DNA of 62,967 nt, counting the filler, from Gonapodya sp. JEL0774 (Eukaryota): NCBI GenBank assembly GCA_027604505.1. It is 13 parts of 13 records of this genome, joined end to end, with 100 filler letters (N's around TTAATTAATTAA, not from the genome) between each part and the next. Parts side by side here need not be neighbours in the genome. Positions count along the whole stretch, not along the records: positions 48,613 to 53,336 come from JADIIX010000870.1; positions 53,437 to 58,153 come from JADIIX010000872.1; positions 58,254 to 62,967 come from JADIIX010000873.1; 10 more parts are not named here. The stretch is one strand, 5' to 3'. Position 1 is the first letter of the stretch. Each line of letters opens with the position of its first letter. A program made the position numbers and the translations under genes. The notes beneath the pieces are model-generated. The model worked only from the letters and a program-made list of their open reading frames with translations, did not search any database and was not told where the DNA came from. Shown in pieces: positions 48,613 through 61,491 of the stretch.

Positions 48613-51600
48613 CGCTGCAGAAAAGGTATGCTCAAACCCACAGAGTTTGGACAGAGCAATCATGACTTTGCTGGTGAAGTTGCTACCACGATCCGTGTGC
48701 AGGCGCATGAAAACACCATGACGGCAGATCCAATGGCGGAAGATGGCCTCTGCAATAATCGTTGCTGATTGATCTGGTATGGGGACACCTTCAAGCCACC
48801 AATTGGCATGGTCGATCATGGTCAAAGCATAGACATTCTTTCGGGCTGTCATGGGGAATGGCCCAATGATGTCTGCTGAAACAACTTCTCCAGGCAAACA
48901 TTCATCAGTGGCAAATGCCTGTTGTTGGCCCTGGTTAGAAGGTTTGGACAGCTTGCGGCTCTGGCAAGTCACACAAGCTGCCACCCAGCGACGAACATCA
49001 CGTGACATGCCTGGCCAAAAGAAACGCTCGCGAAGAGATTCCCACATCCTTGGAGTGCCAGCATGCGCAGCTAGAGAGTCCTCATGGTAAGCTCTCAGGA
49101 ATTCCTCTCTTTGTGAGGAACACAAATGAGGTCCACTTTGATCCAGGTGTTACCACGAAAGATCTCACTGTGCTGGACTAAGATACCAGAAGGGTTGATT
49201 GAATGCAGGGCAGCTTGCAAAAGGAGCCTTTTGGAAGCACCTGTTGGAGGTGTACCTGCCGACAAATACTTAATAAGGGGCCCATAGGCAGGATCTGCCT
49301 GTTGGCCAGCAACAAACTGGAGCAGGAACTCGTGTGTGTCCAAGCTCACAGTAAGGAGTTCAATCTGGCTTGGAGAGGGTGCAGCATAAGAACTGGTGAG
49401 GACTTCAATGCTGCTTGGTGAGAATGTGGCATAAGGAACTCAGTGGTTGGTCCATTATGTCATGATTGTCTGTAATAGCCAGCGAGGCCAAGGAACGAGT
49501 ATACTCCATCAAGACTAGTAGGGACAGGGAAGGTGCGAATAGCCCCTGTCTTTGCAGGGTCCATCTTGATTTTGCCTGTGTTTGTGACAACATGCCCGAG
49601 GTAGGCAGTCTCGTGTTGGCACAGAGTGCACTTCTTTGCACGAAGGCGAAGCCCAGCATTCCGAATGCACACCATCATCTCAGTGATGTCCTGTATGTGC
49701 TTCTCAAAGGATGGTGGAAAGACGATGATGTCGTCCATGTAAACAATGTAGGAGATCCATTTAATGCCAGCAAGAACGGCATCCATGAGATGTTGGAAGG
49801 TTGCAGGTGCATTTTTTAATCCGAATGGCATACGGATAAATTCCTACAGGCCCTTGGGGGTAATAAACGCTGTCTTTGGGATGTGGTCTTCATGTATCTT
49901 GATGTTCCAATATCCCCATGTAACGTCAAAGGAAGAGATGTAGGATGCATTCTGCAGTGAGTTCAGGGCATCATCAATACGGGGAAGGGGGTACTGGTCT
50001 TTCTTCGTGATCTTGTTCAGCTTGCGATAATCAATGCAGAAGCGGAAATTGCCATCTTTCTTTGGTACCAGGACCACAGGTGCAGCCCAAGGGCTATTAG
50101 AAGATCGGATCACTTCTTGATCCAGCATTTCCTTCACAGCTGCCGACATCTCAGGTCGTTCCCTGAAAGCAGCTTGGTGTGGTGGGACCGCAATAGGGGG
50201 GTGATCACCAGTATCAATACGGTGAGTGACACCAGGAACGGTACCTGTTTTCTCTTTGTCAGAGAAGACATCTGAAAAGTGCTCATGAAGTGTACGTGAG
50301 AGGAAACTTTGTTCTTGCACTGTCAGGTTGGCAGTTTTTGACAAATCAAGATCAGGTGTGGGCTTGGCTGGTTGATATCACACATTGGGTCCTCCTTTTC
50401 AATGAGTTTCCTGATTTCAGCAGGATCTTTGGGAACAGGATTACCCTTTGGTGGTAGGTTCTTTTCAGTGTCAGCCGATTGCTTAGTTGCAGGCTTCTCA
50501 GATAAATCAAGGGTCATGAGATTGAAATCGGAATTTGTGTGGGGTTCACAAGTAGCAATTGGAGTTCCCTTAAGGAGGTGTAGAGGTGCCCCTGTCATGT
50601 TGGCGACAAATACTTTGGACTTCCCCAGGGTCATTTCTGGTGTTCCATGTGCAGCGAGGGCACCAAGCTTAATGGATGTAATAGGATGGGGCTTCACAAA
50701 AACTGTGCCTGTCCACCTTCTTCTGGTGTTGATGTCACGGACATTGCACATTACGCCATGATAGCAGTCAATGGTAATATCTTCGTCAAGGATGAGATCA
50801 ATGTCTCTTCGACGGACTTTGCCTGTCTCAATGCGGACTCGGGTCTTTGTGCCAAGTTTGTCGTTATCACCTTTGCAGGCAATCCAACCCTCATCATAGT
50901 CAATTATGGCACGCCATAGGCGGAGAAAGTCAACACCAAGTAGAATAGGATGAGGCAGGTGCTCAATAACAGTGAGTCGAATGGGTCTTCTGACACCAGC
51001 GACTGTCACTGGGAGCAGGACCCAACCAAGTGGGGCAGTGATAGCACCATCACCAACAGTGATGGGTTGCATATTCCATGGCTCTAGGGGCATCATGGAG
51101 AAGTGTTGACGGTAGAAGTCACCACTTATGGCCGATAGGCCAGCACCTGAATCTTGGATGATATCCATTTCAGGGAGGGTACCAATAGAACCACGCATTG
51201 TTGCAGCAATCCACACAGCAGCATAATCTGGTGCCTTGCCAGAGGCGTGAAGCTATACTAACATTCTGGTAATCTCTTTGTATGACTGTGAGTAATCGAC
51301 CCGACGCTTTCTTGGAGGAACAGGGAATGCCGCATGCGGTATATTGTCATTAGCAAGGACAATAAGCTTAGGTGACAGGACTGGAGAGACAAAGTAGAAC
51401 AGCGTGTGTGAGCTTGCTGTGAAAAGAGCCACATTGGAAAAGGAACCATTGCAGCCACAGTCCAGTGGAGGGTTAATTACGCCCTGCACCAGGCAGTGAC
51501 TGCCTCAAGGCAATTCCCACAACAACATGTGCACTGATGTTGAGCCAAGGGTGTGAACCACTTAACAGTCATACAACCCAAGGGCTACTGACCAGTAAAG

Positions 51601-53336
51601 CTCTCGAACGAGGTGTAGTTCTGCGCCTACAGCACTCGGCAGGCGAGCGTTGCCGCCAGGGCCATGTCATTGGATTCTTGCCATCACATTCTCTGTAACG
51701 CAAGTATGAGCCCGGAGGCGGTGCCACTGACTCCAGGGTGATCCTACACACCCTAGCCGGGTCTTTGGGCCAGCCAACCATCAGGCAATAGGGGACTCCC
51801 TCCACCCAATATTGCGCACGACAAGCATCTTGGCGGTTTCACTCCACAACCAAAGGCTGCACCAACGTGAGCCAACCGTCAGGCAATAGGGGACTCCCTC
51901 GACCCAACATTGCACACAAGAGCATCTCGGCGGTTTCACTCCGCAGTCGAAGGCCGACCAATCCTGACTCTACGCATGGGTGAGCGTTGCCACCGCAGAG
52001 GTTGGACTCCATACTGACGTTATTCTGTTTTCCGGTTTATTTCCAATGTGTTACAGGTTAGCTAGTCAGTTCTCTAATTCTCATCATCGTAATTGTCATT
52101 AACAAAGGCATCGTTGTCATCGTAATCATCGTCGTTCCACATCTCATCACCAAAAGCTTCGTCTGGTGTTTCTCCCATTGTAAGTACGTTTGCACATCCG
52201 CAATACGCTGGACCACCACGCCCGCCATCACGGTTTGTGTCTTGGAAAGTGACATGGCGGCTGGGACGACTGGAAGGTGGTTGAGAGTTTCGGCGTTGAA
52301 CCTCGTTCTCAACAGCAATGCGTGCATTCTCTGGCAGGACATAGTTGTGTCCAGCAACAAAGTTAGGTGGCAATTGATTGAAGTAGCGGACAAACAGGTG
52401 CACGTTTGCCACTGTCACCACAGGGGCTTTTGAGCATATTCTTGCCCAGTGGCCTTGCTCAAAACGATTGGAGCAGACTTGGTTTGGTACAATGGAGTTG
52501 GTTTCTCCTAATGGTGGCACAGCAGCAGGTGCTGTCATGGCCAAAAGCGGCTGCTGCTGTGGGGCTGGCTGCCTCTCAGTAGACCGCTGTGGGTATGGAC
52601 GGTACATCTGGGCTGGGTGGAACATTGTGCCTTGGTAAGCACGAGATGCACTAACTGGGTTCCACCTCCCGCCAGAATACATGCCAGCTGGGGCTGCTGC
52701 AGCTGCTTGCTGTGGTGTCACTACTATAGCCGGTGCCTGCGCAACATTCAGTGATGTGCCAGTGGAGGTGTTCGCAAACTGCCAGTTACCCCAAGTAACT
52801 TTGCGAGTCTGGAAGTCAATTGTGGCCTGGTATAGGGCTTTCAAGGGTGCCTCTTTGGAGTCCAGCTTACCGAGCTCAGTAAAGAGTTCTGGGATTGAAA
52901 GTTGAAAGCCACGGACATAGTGCTGTCTCAATTTCCGGACAACAGTGCATTGGTTGTTGCTCTCCTGGAGCTCTCTATTGATTTGCAGATCAACAGAGTA
53001 CAGTTTGTGTATGAGGCTTTTAAAACGGTTTATGACAGCAGTCGCCCCTTCTTCAGCCTGGGCTGAGAATCCCTCAATCTTGGACCAGCACATGGAGAGA
53101 TTTTGCTGATCATTGCCAGCGGCAGAGAGGATGGCTTGGCGGATGTCAACCCATGACGTCATGGAAGTGAGAAGTCTCTCAATGGCTAAGGCAATTTGTT
53201 GACCTCGAAGGCCAGATCCACGAAGTGCCTCAGCGGCACGCAGGGCGGCAACTTGTGGCGTCTCTTGGTTTGCATGGTAAACATTCTCAGCATGCTGAAC
53301 CCAGGAAGCAACTGGCTCATTCTCCCCCAAGGAGCG
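48613..53336 (-). mobile_element. Second degenerate Ty3/Gypsy retrotransposon (gag, protease, RT, integrase; RNase H apparently deleted)
   Basis: Gag-like 53330-52074; protease IQDSGAG; RT SPWAAPVVLVPKKDG..YPLPRIDD..MPFGLKNAPATF..YMDDII; integrase HAGTPR..CVTCQ, DIIGP, TDRGSNF. Confidence 0.93.
51772..51962. repeat. Tandem duplication of about 98 bp (2 diverged copies) between gag and protease
   Basis: AGCCAACCRTCAGGCAATAGGGGACTCCCTC..AGCATCTYGGCGGTTTCACTCC occurs at about 51772 and 51870. Confidence 0.9.
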
Positions 53337-53436
53337 NNNNNNNNNNNNNNNNNNNNNNNNNNNNNNNNNNNNNNNNNNNNTTAATTAATTAANNNNNNNN
53401 NNNNNNNNNNNNNNNNNNNNNNNNNNNNNNNNNNNN

Positions 53437-55754
53437 ATGCACAAAACGGTCATCATTGACATCATCTTCTCAGCACGACCGACTTCATTGTCCCACTCAC
53501 CGGTCAAGATCAAAATCACCAGGAGCATTGGTGATGACGTCGTTCGCGACAGTGTATGCAAGAGTCCCACACCGACCGACCAGAGTACAAATCCCACTGC
53601 TATGGAGGGCTTGTATCTACAAGCGCGAACGTTGGGATCTTTGTGGTCTTTATCGCCCTTAATGGCTCCACTCAAGGCGTTTTACTCACCTCCCCGACCA
53701 ACTGACCAGAAGCCCACTTATCCAGCTCGATATGGTCTGAGCCAAGAGGAGCGGCACCAGCTGCAATCCAGATTTCGCGCCTGAATCTTGTCTGACGATC
53801 TGGAAATATTGGGGTATGTAGTAGAGTTGGCCGTAATAGACAATCCCGGAAAGAAACTGAGTGACGAAGACAACGCAAGCGGTTCGGTTGGAGAAGAGAC
53901 GCACTGAGTGAAAGCGAGAAGAGTTTGTGACAGGTGGATGGACCTTCCATTTTCAATTTGTGATTCATGGTGGGTAGGGGCCACTCACTGGGAATGATGG
54001 GCAACCTCCCCCTCCTCTCGATCCACAACTCGACCCCGACCAGAACGCTCACAAACACTCCAGCAAGGCAAAACATAACTACAATTATGGGGGAGGACCA
54101 CGAGTATGTGGTGCCGCCCCAGTTCATGGGAAGCTACAGTGAATGAGGGGGACGTTGGATAAGTCACGTGATGGGTGAGATTGGGAGGAGAACAGTGGAG
54201 TCAATCACTCACGAGAAGAAGAAGGGTAGATACCAAGATGAGAACAGTGCCGATGTAATCCACCTGGAGCATCTTGGCCTTGAACGACCCTGTGACGGGT
54301 TTGAGAGGGAGGAGGAAATAGATCATCAAGAACGCCACGACACCTATCGGGGCACTTTCATATTTTAGAAAAATGCAGTCACCCATCAATATGTGATGTT
54401 TTCGGAGATGGGGAACTTTGAATACACGATGTGGGCGGCAAGGAGCAAGTTCGATTGCTCACGCAATGTAGAAGCACCATCGCCATCCAATAGAAGGCGT
54501 GTCAGCAAAGAGTCCACCTAGGTAAGGTCCGAGGACACTGGAGATGGCAATGTTGACTCCAATGAGGCCCTAAGCAAGGAGAGTATGCAGAAGAGTGACA
54601 AAGCGTGGTCGGCTTTATGATGTCTATTATCTGAACAGTTGCACCTAATCGACACACACTACCCACCTGATACTTTCCCCTGTCCCTCAAGCTGACCACA
54701 TCCGAAATGACCACCATGACGAGTGTCAGAATCCCGCCGCCACCGACACCTGCGAGGGCCCGGAACACGACGAGCTGAGAGATGGAGTGTGCGAAGCCGC
54801 AAAGAATGTTGCCGATGAGGAAGATGACGAGGGAGACGAGAAGGCAGATTTTGCGGCCCCTGTTTTGATGCGGGTTTGGAGCACAACACAAGACAAATGG
54901 GACCAGCGAACACCATGTTCAGGACTGTATGAACAAGACTTGTACAAAGTTCACTCGGTTTCTTCATACCAGATATCGCTGAACCTCCCCCAGAGAGTTT
55001 GAAATGCTGTACTTGTGAGGAGGTAGGCTGTGCCGACCCAGGATGCTTCATCCGCCGCATTGAGGTCGGTGGAGATACGGGGCAAGGCGGTGGAAACAAC
55101 TGTGTGCAAAGTCGGTTGCGGAAGTGTGGGATGTTGCGGTGCGGTAGTAGATCAAAAATGTAAAGATTAGATTTCCGTCAGGTTGTCGAAACCAGACGTG
55201 GTATCTGGGAACCCACTTGTTTGGTCGAGAAATGAGAGCATGATCGCAAGAGAACATCCCACAAAGACAGTGATGAGCTGCTTAAAGGGCAGTCGGACCG
55301 TCTGGTCCTGGAGATTGAAGGTGTTAGGCTCGAGGTCTGATGACTGGTCATTCCCAGATTCGATAAGGGAAGGTTTAGCAGGATCCACTGGCGATTCAGA
55401 GCTTGATTTAAGAGGTTGGTCAATCTCTGACAGGCACTCTTCATCGTGGACCGACTCCAGCGTTGTTATAGTGGAAGCATTTTGAGGGAGTGTGGATGTG
55501 GGTGGTTGCGAGGGCGAGGAAGCCACTGAATACAGAGCCACGATCCCATGTTGATCTGACATCGGTGGTGCTGACGATGCATTTGGCGACTTCCACTCCG
55601 CAGATTCTTCGGTTTTGTTTAAAGCTACCTGAACCTCGAGCGATAGGAACGACGCCTGGTCCGACAGATGAATGACATCATGAGTGTCAGGCGCCCGTGT
55701 TCGATTTTCGTTTAAACCGATGAGTATTTCTTCTTCTGCTCGCTCTGATGGCAT
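53437..55754 (-). CDS. MFS drug:H+ antiporter (DHA2-like), 3' truncated, multi-exon
   Basis: LSFLDQT, GRKICLL..FRALAGVGGGG..ISDVVSLRDRGKYQ, WGGTTYSWSS, YIPQYFQIV. Confidence 0.9.
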
Positions 55755-56899
55755 CTCAAAGTCAATGAATTTGATGCTTTGGGGTTAAAAACTTTCAGAT
55801 TTGGTTCCGATGGACTGAGGACACCAGTCAGGACCCACAAGGCCCCACTTTTCGTTTTCTTGGCGTTCGGACGTTCAGAGCATCTCGCACTAAGAAATGT
55901 GTTCTAAAGAAACAATTTTATTTTCAGGTCATGGCATTTTATGTTCAGGGCTTCAGTAGTGCACGAAACCAGAGCACCCGGACGTCCACACGAAAGCCGC
56001 GAGGTCATGTGGTCATCAAATCGTTCAGTTTAATCTTGTTAGTGCAATAACGCACCTTTTTAGAGCTTCCAATGACGTCCTCCACTCAAGTCATGCCATG
56101 ACAGCACCGGCTCTCTTTCTCGCATGCACAACCAACTCTCGTGCCCAAACACTGGGTATACGTTAAGGCAAAAAGCACAAGAAAAATGTATCACGGCATG
56201 GAACATATTCGCTTGCGTTTAACATAAGTGTGAGTCTTACAGTGACTCACCTCACAACCTTCGTCATGTACACTCTAAAACAAACAGAAAGTATCAGGAA
56301 GTGAAGGGTTGTGTATCTCGCCACTCTCCAATGCTGACCTTCTCGTATCCGTGCTGCTCCGTGGGCTTGCTCTGCTGGATCACGTCTTCCGCAAACCCCA
56401 CACATCCTGGGCACGCACAAACCTGCAAGCACGCCTCTGCCTATCCCCATCAATACAGCATGCACATCCGAGTTTCACGCACAGGGCGGATGGGTTGATG
56501 TGTGAAGCAACTTCTTGGCACGAAGGACGGTGGGGCAGGCCGGCAAATGGAGCCTGGGTTTGTTTGCTCAGCTAACGAATTCAAGAGTTGCGACATGCAG
56601 GGTTGTGGGGCGGAGAAGATCACGTGTGGTATATACATTGACGTACCATGAGAAGTTTCTTTCATTGCCTTGTCTGCACACATCGTGTAGTCTGTGATCA
56701 CATCTGGGTCGCAAGAGAATAAGTGTGATGACGTCATCATGGAATCGTCCGTTTCATTGGTGGGCAACACATTACTTCATTCAAAGCGCAATGACGTATA
56801 TGCAAATCATCATGCAAGCAAATTACACAGTCAGAATAACAATTTAAATGTATCCAAACAACTACGACCGAGCCACATCCCACTATGACGGTGTCCACA

Positions 56900-58153
56900 T
56901 CACTCACTGTCCCCATCCGACCCGTCAGACTCATCCCGACCCGCCATCCTTACGGCCGCGACCCTTCTGTCCCGTTCCAGTTTCGCTGACACGGATGCCG
57001 TACTTGATCGATCATTTGAAGAGGCGGCGGCGACGGGGGAGGTGGTAGAGATTGAAATGGAGCGGGGAAGGGTGCCGTAGAGAGAAGCAATGGTGGTTTG
57101 TAGGCGAGTGAGGGCAGGTGTATCGAGTGTCGCCTGAACAAAATACCAGAAGACGGTGTTAAGGTGGACGGGAATCAATCATGCAGTATCGAACATCATT
57201 GGCCGGACTATCTCACCTGAAGCACCTCGACCCCCGTCGCGTCATCCATCTTGGCACGCACATGCACAAACGGCCATCCTGCAGTGACCGCAGCTTGGAG
57301 TGGCTGTGGGACCCAGGCGAGATATTCCCTGAGGAGGAACGTGGGGTTGGACCGCCTTGAGATACGATCGACAGCACAATCGAGTGGTAGATGAGAGTAA
57401 AGTCCAAATGTGAGCTGCAGGCGACATCCACGTACCACATGGCAATCAAACCCTTCCTCGACGCTCCGGCCTTATCGCACGCCCCGACAATATCCACGAC
57501 GCGCGAAAGGGTTTTCGCCCATTGTTTGTTGATGGATGATGGCTTGGCCACCAGGTGAGGTAGCACGAGCGAAAAGATACCATTGTCGATCGATGTGGTC
57601 CCATCACCTCCAATGGTCTTCTTCCCTTTGTTCTTTCCGTTCCCCGTTTTACCACCTGGTGCCAAACTGTTAGCCGTCACAACCTTTCCTTCCAGCAGCA
57701 ATCTCGCGAACTGCTTTGCTCCATCCGCCCGGGTCGCACCAGGCACAACCGCCTCCAAACCTCTTTGATCGTCCTCCTTATGTCCTGCAAACTGATGCTC
57801 CACCACCCCCACCTCCCACCCTTTCTCACCATACCTACATCCAACAAGCCCAACCACCGCATCCTTCTCGGCATCGTACCACGGCTCAGGTTGCTCTGCC
57901 ACCTTCCCTAACTTTCTCAACGTCCGTGGCCCCATCCTCCCCAGCCACTCCTCCTCCACCACCGTCACACCCCTCACCGACATGCGTTCAGCGTCGTCTT
58001 TGGTCGGGTCTTTCAACTCCCCGCGTGCGGTCGTCACGGTTTCCCCGTCAGCGGTGGTGAGCTCGTCTCGGCCAGACAGTTCCGTGTACACAATGTACTT
58101 GGCTGCGGGGGATAGTTGGTACAGCGAAGACGATCGATGGATGGCAGCGTAGT
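56900..58153 (-). CDS. DHX37: DEAH-box RNA helicase DHX37/Dhr1, C-terminal part (last exon inferred)
   Basis: AIHRSSSL..YIVYTEL (OB fold), EPWYD, FARLLLEGKV, PSSINKQWA, FLLREYLAWV. Confidence 0.75.
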
Positions 58154-58497
58154 NNNNNNNNNNNNNNNNNNNNNNNNNNNNNNNNNNNNNNNNNNNNTTA
58201 ATTAATTAANNNNNNNNNNNNNNNNNNNNNNNNNNNNNNNNNNNNNNNNNNNNGTGCGCACAGGTAATTCGTAAGGACCAATCGGAGCTTCCGATTCAAC
58301 AACTGTTTCTTAGATTATAAGACCATCATTAGTGATACATATTAGTGATACATTAATTGATTCGTATAATTAATCTCTACGCCTCTATTGATTCCTCGTG
58401 CGGTGAATTAAATAATCCAGCGTGGTGGGGTGTTCAATTATCCTCCAATTTCCAATGCTACGATGGAACAGCGACAGGAGACCGGCCTACAAAACCA

Positions 58498-60827
58498 TTA
58501 CGCTGCGACCATCCCTCCCAGCTCCACCGATCCTTCCGTGTTTCCATTCTGTGGTTGCTCCTTCCACGGTGACCGGCTCATCCGGTACTTGCCTCCCGCA
58601 ATCGCAACCCAGACAACGCCCGCGGCCGCAAGCACGTGGAACACGGCGTAGAGGAAAAACACTTTGGCCGGTCCCTCACGGTCCACGGATGTTGTGATGA
58701 AAAGGGGAGTCATGGCGGCTGAAGAGGGGGAGCGAGGTGTTTGCTATTCAGCGAGGTATCTTCATAGGACTATGCATGAGAAAGCTGCTCAATAAAAACC
58801 TACCGATAAGGAATCGCCAGAACAAAGCAATACTAATTACGGATGCGGTTTCATCTGAGCACGAGGAAACGTATAACCAGTATCAGTTGTTTTGCATCGG
58901 GATAGTGCGGCGCACCTTGATGGCGCAGAACTCACGTGGCCACAGCTCCACCAGATAAGCGTTTTCACTTGTAACAATCCAAAGGGTGCCAAATGCGAGC
59001 AGGCATTGGCCCAGCAGAGGGACGAGTGGAGGAAGCTGCCTCTGAAAACCGACACCGCTGAATAGAGCAGATATCAAAGTCGTTACGTAAGAACACCATA
59101 CGCGATTCCAAATGAGGCCCACAATTAGAATCCAGTGTGATTACTTCAACTCACAACATGATCAATCCAATTGGCACTGCTACGGCACCGACCCATGTGG
59201 ACCTCAATCGATCTTCGGACACGTAGAACCCCATTTGGAATGTCGACCTGCGAGCCAACCGGTCACTATGCCATCCACTAAAAATTCCACCAATGAGTGT
59301 GCCGATGCCCGGAGCTAGCGGGATGAGACTGACCGGTAAAGCATGGAAGTCTGAGACATTGGCGAGAACGCAAGTCGGTTTGAGACGCAAAGAATCGTCA
59401 CATACCCGAGCTGCCGGTCAGTAAAGCGGTACACGGCTGTGTATTGTCTGGACGCTTGAGTTATAACAGCGGCATTCGCAGAGAATAATATGGCCATCCA
59501 TATTACCACGAGCGTTACGAAAGGGAATCGAAGCTTGACCATCGAGCGCAATGCATCTACGAAAAGTAAACCGGTGCAAGGGAGTATTGCTGAGTACTAC
59601 GGAGAATGTCCCACAAAGACACCATCGTCATTGTGCTACCAACTGGGCTTGTTTTGGTCCATTGAATCTTCATCTCTCGTCTCTGGGAACCAGGCAAGGA
59701 AACAAAATAACAGCAGGGCACCTGAACCCGCCATGATCGCAAATATGTATCGCCACCCGAGGTTCGCTGACACATTCCCGCCGACGGGACCACCTTCAAA
59801 CAAAGGGGGCACACCGACATATCAGGTATGTAGTAAGACGGGTTGACAGGAAAGAAGGCAGTAAACACACCAAGAAAAGGGCCGAGCAGCGCACCGAGGT
59901 AGAACATGGCCACTATTACCGTCGTGAATGAGTTGACCAGATGAATATGGGTACAATGAAACGCTTCGATCTCAGGACTCACAAACTCTGCCCCTTCTCT
60001 CCTTTGGGAAAACATCTGAGATAGCTGCAACACCATTTGCTATAGCAGCTGATATTCCGAAACCCTGTGAGCACAAAATGAAGAGGACGTGGCGTTAAGT
60101 GGGATGTCGCGCGAGGATCAAAAGAGGTCCTACAGACTCACCGCAAGCATCATCCCGACAAGAAGCATCCAAAAATTTGTGCTGCAATGGGGAAGAATCG
60201 GATAAACGATAATCAATCAGGAGATCGTACTACTAGCACGACAATGATATCAAGCTTCCCGCACACATACGCAAAGAACGAGAAGCCACAGGAGATGATG
60301 TAAATTCCTAACCCAATCAAGTAAACGGGTCTCCGACCTGACGCAAACAGAGCTTTAATATTCAGTTGACAGAACGTGAATCGAATCCGGGTCATGAACT
60401 CACCGTACGTGTCACCCATCGGGCCCCAAAGGAACAGTGGTGCAAATCCCTCCATAAGTACATAAATGGTGAGGGTCGCATTAATCTGCAAATCGGTGCA
60501 CTGGAGAGAGGACTGTATCGTCGCCAGTAGCGGGGTATACATGGCCTGACTGAAGGTGCCGATGAACCCTCCCAAAGCGGCTAAGAGAACTACCGCTCGC
60601 CTTTGCCATGCCGTGAAAGTGGGAGGGTCTATCGCGACCGATCGTGTTTCTGTCAAAGTTCGCTCGGTTCGATCGGTGCGAGCAATTGAGGTAACCTGTG
60701 AAAATCGGGTGAGAAGGGTGGAGGAGCTAACCGGGCGGGGCGAACGCTTGGAGATGGTAGCTTTCTCTGGTTCCGAAATTATTGTTGTGGGGGCTTCCAA
60801 AAATGTGGGGAAACGTTGTGTCGACAT
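58498..60827 (-). CDS. MFS transporter (DHA1-like), multi-exon
   Basis: FSQAMYTPLL..INATLTIY..PLFLWGPMGDTY|GRRPVYL; last exon ends at TAA 58498. Confidence 0.88.
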
Positions 60828-61491
60828 ATGCGTGCATTTTCCCCCAATCGGGACGGTCGACAGGGACCGAATACTTACAGATAAGTGTCGATGCAGGCCG
60901 TATCAGAGTCCCATCTGTCGCATCTAGGTACCCTTCTCTCTGGAATTGCAGATTCGTCGGCTCCTCCAATGAAGCGTGCGTTATGTCCAGAGGATCAACG
61001 AGCGCCGCTTGAGAGGTTTCGCTCATTGAGCTCTTGTATGGATCAACTTCTTGGTTCCACGTTCGTTTTTACCAGTTATATGACGTTGGCTGACAGATTG
61101 AGGTTGACAGATGGTCCCAGTGCCGGATGTGTGGATTTTCTCCGTGCTGGTGTTGAGAGTGATAGGTGTCCAGAGTTTTGCCGCACTGTTTGCCCGTGTT
61201 TTGTCCTTGCCACAAAGGACGCAAAACGCGGATGAGGAGATGCAAATGCCCTTCCCAAAGTAGATATCGTGATACGTTTCCTTCACCCTTGTGATCCAGG
61301 ACTGCCGCTCAAATCTTTGAAACTAAATGTATTATACGGGCAATTAATCTCATACCAATTCGTCCAAGTCCCGTGTTTATTAGAGATGTGTCTGAATGCG
61401 GAAACGGCAAGTGCGCACCAATCTGCAATGAAGCTCAACGTACGGAATGAAAATATTATTGTTCTTCCAAACACACACAAGTCACATGTCA

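Noticed and set aside
4784..58253. Regularly spaced TTAATTAATTAA motif resembling a repeat array
   Set aside because: Artificial six-frame-stop linker within N-runs; not biological and not CRISPR.
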